DNA of 50,525 nt from Octopus bimaculoides. Taxonomy: Eukaryota. Position 1 is the stretch's first letter. Each line of letters starts with the position of its first letter. The position numbers and the translations under genes are program-made. Location of the stretch: positions 84,857,259-84,907,783 of the forward strand of contig NC_068989.1 of assembly GCF_001194135.2 (NCBI RefSeq). Reading direction: 5' to 3'. Below the pieces are notes generated by a model. It made no database searches, had not been told where the DNA came from, and was given only the letters and a program-made list of their open reading frames with translations. Shown piece after piece: positions 48,978 to 50,525 of the stretch.

Positions 48978-49198
48978 GAGCATGTTAGTAATATGTGTGT
49001 TAGATAAAGGAAACTTACCATACAGAGTTTATCAACTGGTAGGGTATGATTGTCAGCCTTCAACAATATGTTCATCAACATTAAAGCAGGTCCTTCAGCT
49101 TTGTGGGAGTTAAATAGTCCTTGATAATTAACATCTTTCTCTTTGGTACTAACCAGGGCTGGACTAGAAGAGGACTGATGAACCACAACCTCCTTACA
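22323..49198 (-). CDS. USP40: Ubiquitin carboxyl-terminal hydrolase 40-like, 3' 22 exons (5' end beyond window)
   Basis: WFDFDDSDV...FMGRESAYMLFYRK (USP C-terminal box), then USP40-type segments GALHP, MDKRKTV, LFVWDG, GWHLRKVSW, LAKYFPSKCEW, PYCIKDGDLIAVK and C-terminal CPEVGLTIKVDKF*. Exons from 47052 to 22323 phase continuously (2649 nt). Orthology is by recall of vertebrate USP40 motifs, not by a search. Confidence 0.88.
22720..22985. repeat. Near-perfect palindrome, 127-bp arms, 12-nt spacer
   Basis: 22720-22846 is the reverse complement of 22859-22985 with one mismatch (G22823 / T22882). Confidence 0.95.
22852..22902 (+). ncRNA. Putative minimal type I hammerhead ribozyme, G3-C8 core variant
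   Basis: tttgtca-GTGAACA-g-gtcgc(ggtctcaaa)gtgac-GAAA-ATATT-T-tgacaaa; stems I and II pair, stem III is the palindrome AATATT. Confidence 0.5.
23022..23122 (-). CDS. USP40: USP40 exon (NISKETGELVDFSTAKDD)
   Basis: accag| and |gtatgt; DFST..DD motif. Confidence 0.88.
23897..24047. repeat. Near-perfect palindrome, about 75-bp arms, 1-nt centre
   Basis: Symmetric about 23972; mismatches at 23956/23988 and 23901/24043. Confidence 0.95.
23897..24415 (-). mobile_element. CR1-clade LINE 3' fragment with fold-back of its 3' UTR
   Basis: CERDLGIIVNSDLRWTKHIAKIAKKAEGVL and GHVYKVRKQHSSHDFRKHFF..KLPASVVSCRSTASFK on the minus strand. Confidence 0.75.
24824..24922 (-). CDS. USP40: USP40 exon (basic stretch + NPYCIKDGDLIAVK)
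   Basis: ttcag| and |gtatgt; PY..KDGD.I.VK motif. Confidence 0.9.
26046..26277 (-). CDS. USP40: USP40 exon (VEMVWD...LAKYFPSKCEW)
   Basis: gacag| and |gtaagg; AKYFP.K.EW motif. Confidence 0.92.
27017..27082 (-). CDS. USP40: USP40 exon (LKLPDTCQIGVQVLAKSENL)
   Basis: ttcag| and |gtaaga; ENL motif. Confidence 0.85.
27790..28006 (-). CDS. USP40: USP40 exon (LDNLEVSKMSTLEELK...YLRL)
   Basis: tgcag| and |gtaagt; TL.ELK motif. Confidence 0.9.
29087..29174 (-). CDS. USP40: USP40 exon (GNILISAWLF...)
   Basis: tacag| and |gtacgt; phases fit. Confidence 0.8.
30591..30730 (-). CDS. USP40: USP40 exon (GWHLRKVSWCGEP...GDRLLCERGKLP)
   Basis: accag| and |gtaaat; WHLRK..W motif. Confidence 0.92.
31092..31327 (-). 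mobile_element. tRNA-headed SINE family D carrying a hammerhead-like motif
   Basis: Minus strand: tRNA-like head TGGTGTAGTGGTTAAG..GGGCTACTAACCC, then (AAT)n, then a CTGATGA...GAAAC fold. Second, more decayed copy at 49311-49531. Confidence 0.75.
31139..31184 (-). ncRNA. Putative minimal type I hammerhead ribozyme
   Basis: gacac-CTGATGA-a-ggctg(gagggtataa)cagcc-GAAA-CGT-T-gtgtt; stems I and II pair, stem III is the palindrome ACGT. Confidence 0.6.
31968..32100 (-). CDS. USP40: USP40 exon (ITVFVGFG...DETVEGCI)
   Basis: cccag| and |gttagt; phases fit. Confidence 0.85.
32510..32598 (-). CDS. USP40: USP40 exon (WGEDMIQ...LFLEDKPQLRRDE)
   Basis: ttcag| and |gtgagt; phases fit. Confidence 0.83.
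32884..33293 (-). mobile_element. SINE family A copy
   Basis: Reverse complement collinear with 871-1260. Confidence 0.85.
33296..33806 (-). mobile_element. Internally deleted mariner-family transposon
   Basis: TA-flanked TIRs TGAGGTCTGATCAAAAAGTATC / GATACTGTTTGATCAGACTCC; transposase relics GYDPKTK and EFHECFHHWKQRWIKCV..EGVY. Confidence 0.8.
33999..34107 (-). CDS. USP40: USP40 exon (LVSEVKDIALIKLG...)
   Basis: cacag| and |gtaagt; phases fit. Confidence 0.83.
34281..34325 (-). CDS. USP40: USP40 45-nt exon (QSTSSTVMVETDKDM)
   Basis: cacag| and |gtaagt; phase 0/0; fills the expected short gap between neighbouring exons. Confidence 0.72.
35031..35226. mobile_element. Fold-back MITE-like element
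   Basis: About 85-bp imperfect inverted arms next to (TA)n; another inverted-repeat element at 35544-35691 abuts the gap. Confidence 0.65.
36079..36148 (-). CDS. USP40: USP40 exon (DWTITKRSKLLVCVDNCCQ)
   Basis: gacag| and |gtgagt; phases fit. Confidence 0.82.
36570..36693 (-). CDS. USP40: USP40 exon (EDQTLSALGLTDGDELVVEDK, ubiquitin-like fold end)
   Basis: cttag| and |gtaact; UBL-type TL...GL.DG motif. Confidence 0.87.
37091..37385 (+). repeat. About 150-bp diverged tandem duplication
   Basis: TTATAAAAATTGTTAT...AAAATC.CTGAAAACAA...CCAAAATTTCAGGA...GTCCAGATT appears twice (from about 37091 and 37241). Confidence 0.75.
37520..37785 (+). mobile_element. tRNA-derived SINE family C
   Basis: TAGCCTAGTG...GGTTCGATTCCC head; second copy on the minus strand at about 7990-8255. 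Confidence 0.65.
37840..38029 (-). CDS. USP40: USP40 exon (IPVGIESEPILLTV...)
   Basis: tctag| and |gtaaat; G...EP.LL motif. Confidence 0.87.
39357..39430 (-). CDS. USP40: USP40 exon (KYGTKLFVWDGKQ)
   Basis: tgcag| and |gtaagt; FVW.G motif. Confidence 0.88.
40389..40479 (-). CDS. USP40: USP40 exon (LKKLVAGCHLYEHL)
   Basis: tgcag| and |gtaagt; phases fit. Confidence 0.87.
41315..41483 (-). CDS. USP40: USP40 exon (DGALHP...MDKRKTVAELK)
   Basis: tatag| and |gtatgt; conserved motifs. Confidence 0.9.
41563..41940 (+). mobile_element. SINE family A copy
   Basis: Collinear with 871-1260. Confidence 0.85.
43471..43552 (-). CDS. USP40: USP40 exon (WSNPAYKVPGYLLQ)
   Basis: gtcag| and |gtaaat; NP.Y.VP..LL motif. 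Confidence 0.88.
44771..44993. mobile_element. piggyBac-type MITE (second family)
   Basis: CCCTTTTGTTAC / GTAACGAAAGGG TIRs; TTAA on the right, GTAA on the left. Confidence 0.7.
45249..45430 (-). CDS. USP40: USP40 exon (WFDFDDS...ESAYMLFYRK)
   Basis: USP Asp-box motif; gtcag| and |gtgagt. Confidence 0.93.
45530..45770 (+). mobile_element. RTE LINE 3' end: ORF2 C-terminus joined to the tail
   Basis: EGTCRRGRPKKTWDEVVRKDLQTLGL, typical of an RTE C-terminus, followed by the same tail sequence as the (GAT)n family. Confidence 0.75.
46832..47052 (-). CDS. USP40: USP40 exon (FLHSHSDKFDFNADNTTVSL + Ser-rich)
   Basis: ttcag| and |gtaagt; phase fits next exon. Confidence 0.85.
47373..48188. other. 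Assembly gap (others: 6794-7271, 13144-13267, 21633-22075, 23244-23253, 35369-35543)
   Basis: N runs, several bounded by (TA)n. Confidence 0.99.
48608..48940. mobile_element. Element embedded in a (TAA)n microsatellite
   Basis: About 330 bp of complex sequence with (TAA)n on both sides; family not identified. Confidence 0.4.
49019..49198 (-). CDS. USP40: USP40 exon (CKEVVVHQ...ILLKADNHTLPVDKLCM)
   Basis: tgtag| and |gtaagt, 180 nt open, resembles the USP40 ILL...N..PVD.L segment. Confidence 0.75.
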
Positions 49199-49310
49199 CT
49201 ACAAATGTATAAAATAAATATATACATACATATAACAAAAGGCAAAAGGGATTAATAAAGCCAGGCAGATAGCTAAAAAGCACTCAGTGTTAAACGAACT
49301 TGGCTAATTA

Positions 49311-49531
49311 TTTACATTTGATGGATATTTGTCCCCATCTTGTTTGCTGTTAACATTTCGGCTGATATACTCTTCAGCCTTTTTCAGATGTCCTGGGGAA
49401 GTTTCGAACCTGGGTTCTCATTCCTAAGGTATTTTTCAATGCTGTTATTATTATTATTCAGGTCACTGCCTAGAATTGAACCCGGAATCTTGGGGTTAGT
49501 AGCCTGCGCTCTTAACCACTACGCCATACGC
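49311..49531 (-). mobile_element. SINE family D copy with degenerate ribozyme core
   Basis: Collinear with 31092-31327; core reads CTGAAAA and the stem III region is deleted. Confidence 0.75.
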
Positions 49532-49989
49532 TGAGAGGCACAACAACAGCCTAGCATGGTTAACTTATGAAATTAACATGAGAAGGGGTTTCAGAAGATC
49601 ACTGAAGTAGCTCCAACACAAACACCCACACACGTCTAGCAATGAACTTACCGTTTCTGTCCAAGTACCAAGCCCATCAATGTCTTTGATATAAGCATGA
49701 TAGTGGCCACCATGGGTACTGCCTCGATGAATAACTAAGGAAAACAGTTCATATTCAGGACTCTCATCAGAGGAGGGCTGAAAATATAATAATAATAATA
49801 ATTAATTCTGTTTTATTGGCTACAAGGGCTAATATAAATCAAAACATATAAAGACAAAGACAGGATGAAAAGTACAAAGGGTTTCGTCTAAAAAGAAAAT
49901 GTTCGTGTAAACATTAAAATACCAATGAAAAATATAACAAGTAAAACTCCCAATAAGGGGAGGCACTTTGAAAGGTTATGCATGGAAAA

Positions 49990-50225
49990 ACCCATAAAAG
50001 CCACGGGAGCCTAGTCAAAAGGGGTAGAGAGCCCCTTCTTTTATATTACCGTTTTTTTTTTACAGATGTAACTTCAGAATTGGTTCGTTCATACTGGCCA
50101 TTTTACAGACAGTCACCCACCTTTCAATAAATTTGCTACGAGACAGTACTTCCCTCTCTACTCTCATCTACCTTTTCAAGTGGAACTTGAACAAGTTGAT
50201 GAGGCCTTGGCCAAAGAAGAAAGTG
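49990..50225 (-). mobile_element. L1/Tx1-like LINE 3' fragment
   Basis: GQGLINLFKFHLKR*MRVEREVLSRSKFIERW...KLHL* followed by an A-run; ends approximate. Confidence 0.5.
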
Positions 50226-50525
50226 TAATAATGGCTTCAAATTTTGGCTTAAAAGTCAGTAATTTTAGGCGAGGGATTATTAAGTCAAATACATTGATTC
50301 ATCATCATCATCATCATCATCGTTTAACGTCCGCTTTCCATGCTAGCATGGGTTGGACGATTTGACTGAGGACTGGTGAAACCGGATGGCAACACCAGGC
50401 TCCAATCTAAATTTGGCAGAGTTTCTACAGCTGGATGCCCTTCCTAACGCCAACCACTCAGAGAGTGTAGTAAGTGCTTTTACGTGTCACCTGCACGAAC
50501 ATGATTTCTATGACGAAAATCTGTT

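Noticed and set aside
50066-50229. Plus-strand exon-like stretch after a strong T-rich acceptor
   Set aside because: The T-run is the antisense of a LINE A-tail, and the minus strand reads as a Tx1-like ORF2 end.

Overview
AT-rich, repeat-dense animal genomic DNA with six N-gaps. The SINE/LINE families and microsatellite load suggest an octopus (coleoid cephalopod); this is recognition, not proof. Two multi-exon genes converge tail-to-tail. (1) A + strand animal heme peroxidase (chorion-peroxidase/MPO-like): 13 manually phased exons, 2407-20383, about 669 aa, start codon not located. (2) A - strand USP40-like deubiquitinase: 22 exons, 49198-22323; its 5' end lies outside the window and one exon is probably hidden in a gap. 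Introns hold four tRNA-derived SINE families, RTE, CR1 and Tx1 LINE fragments, piggyBac/mariner/other MITEs and a tandem pair of LTR-like units. The most novel signals are two unrelated Penelope-type minimal hammerhead-ribozyme folds in USP40 introns. One is carried by a tRNA-headed SINE. The other has a compensatory G3-C8 core and sits in a near-perfect 127-bp-arm palindrome. All structures were read by eye; none was computed or tested.
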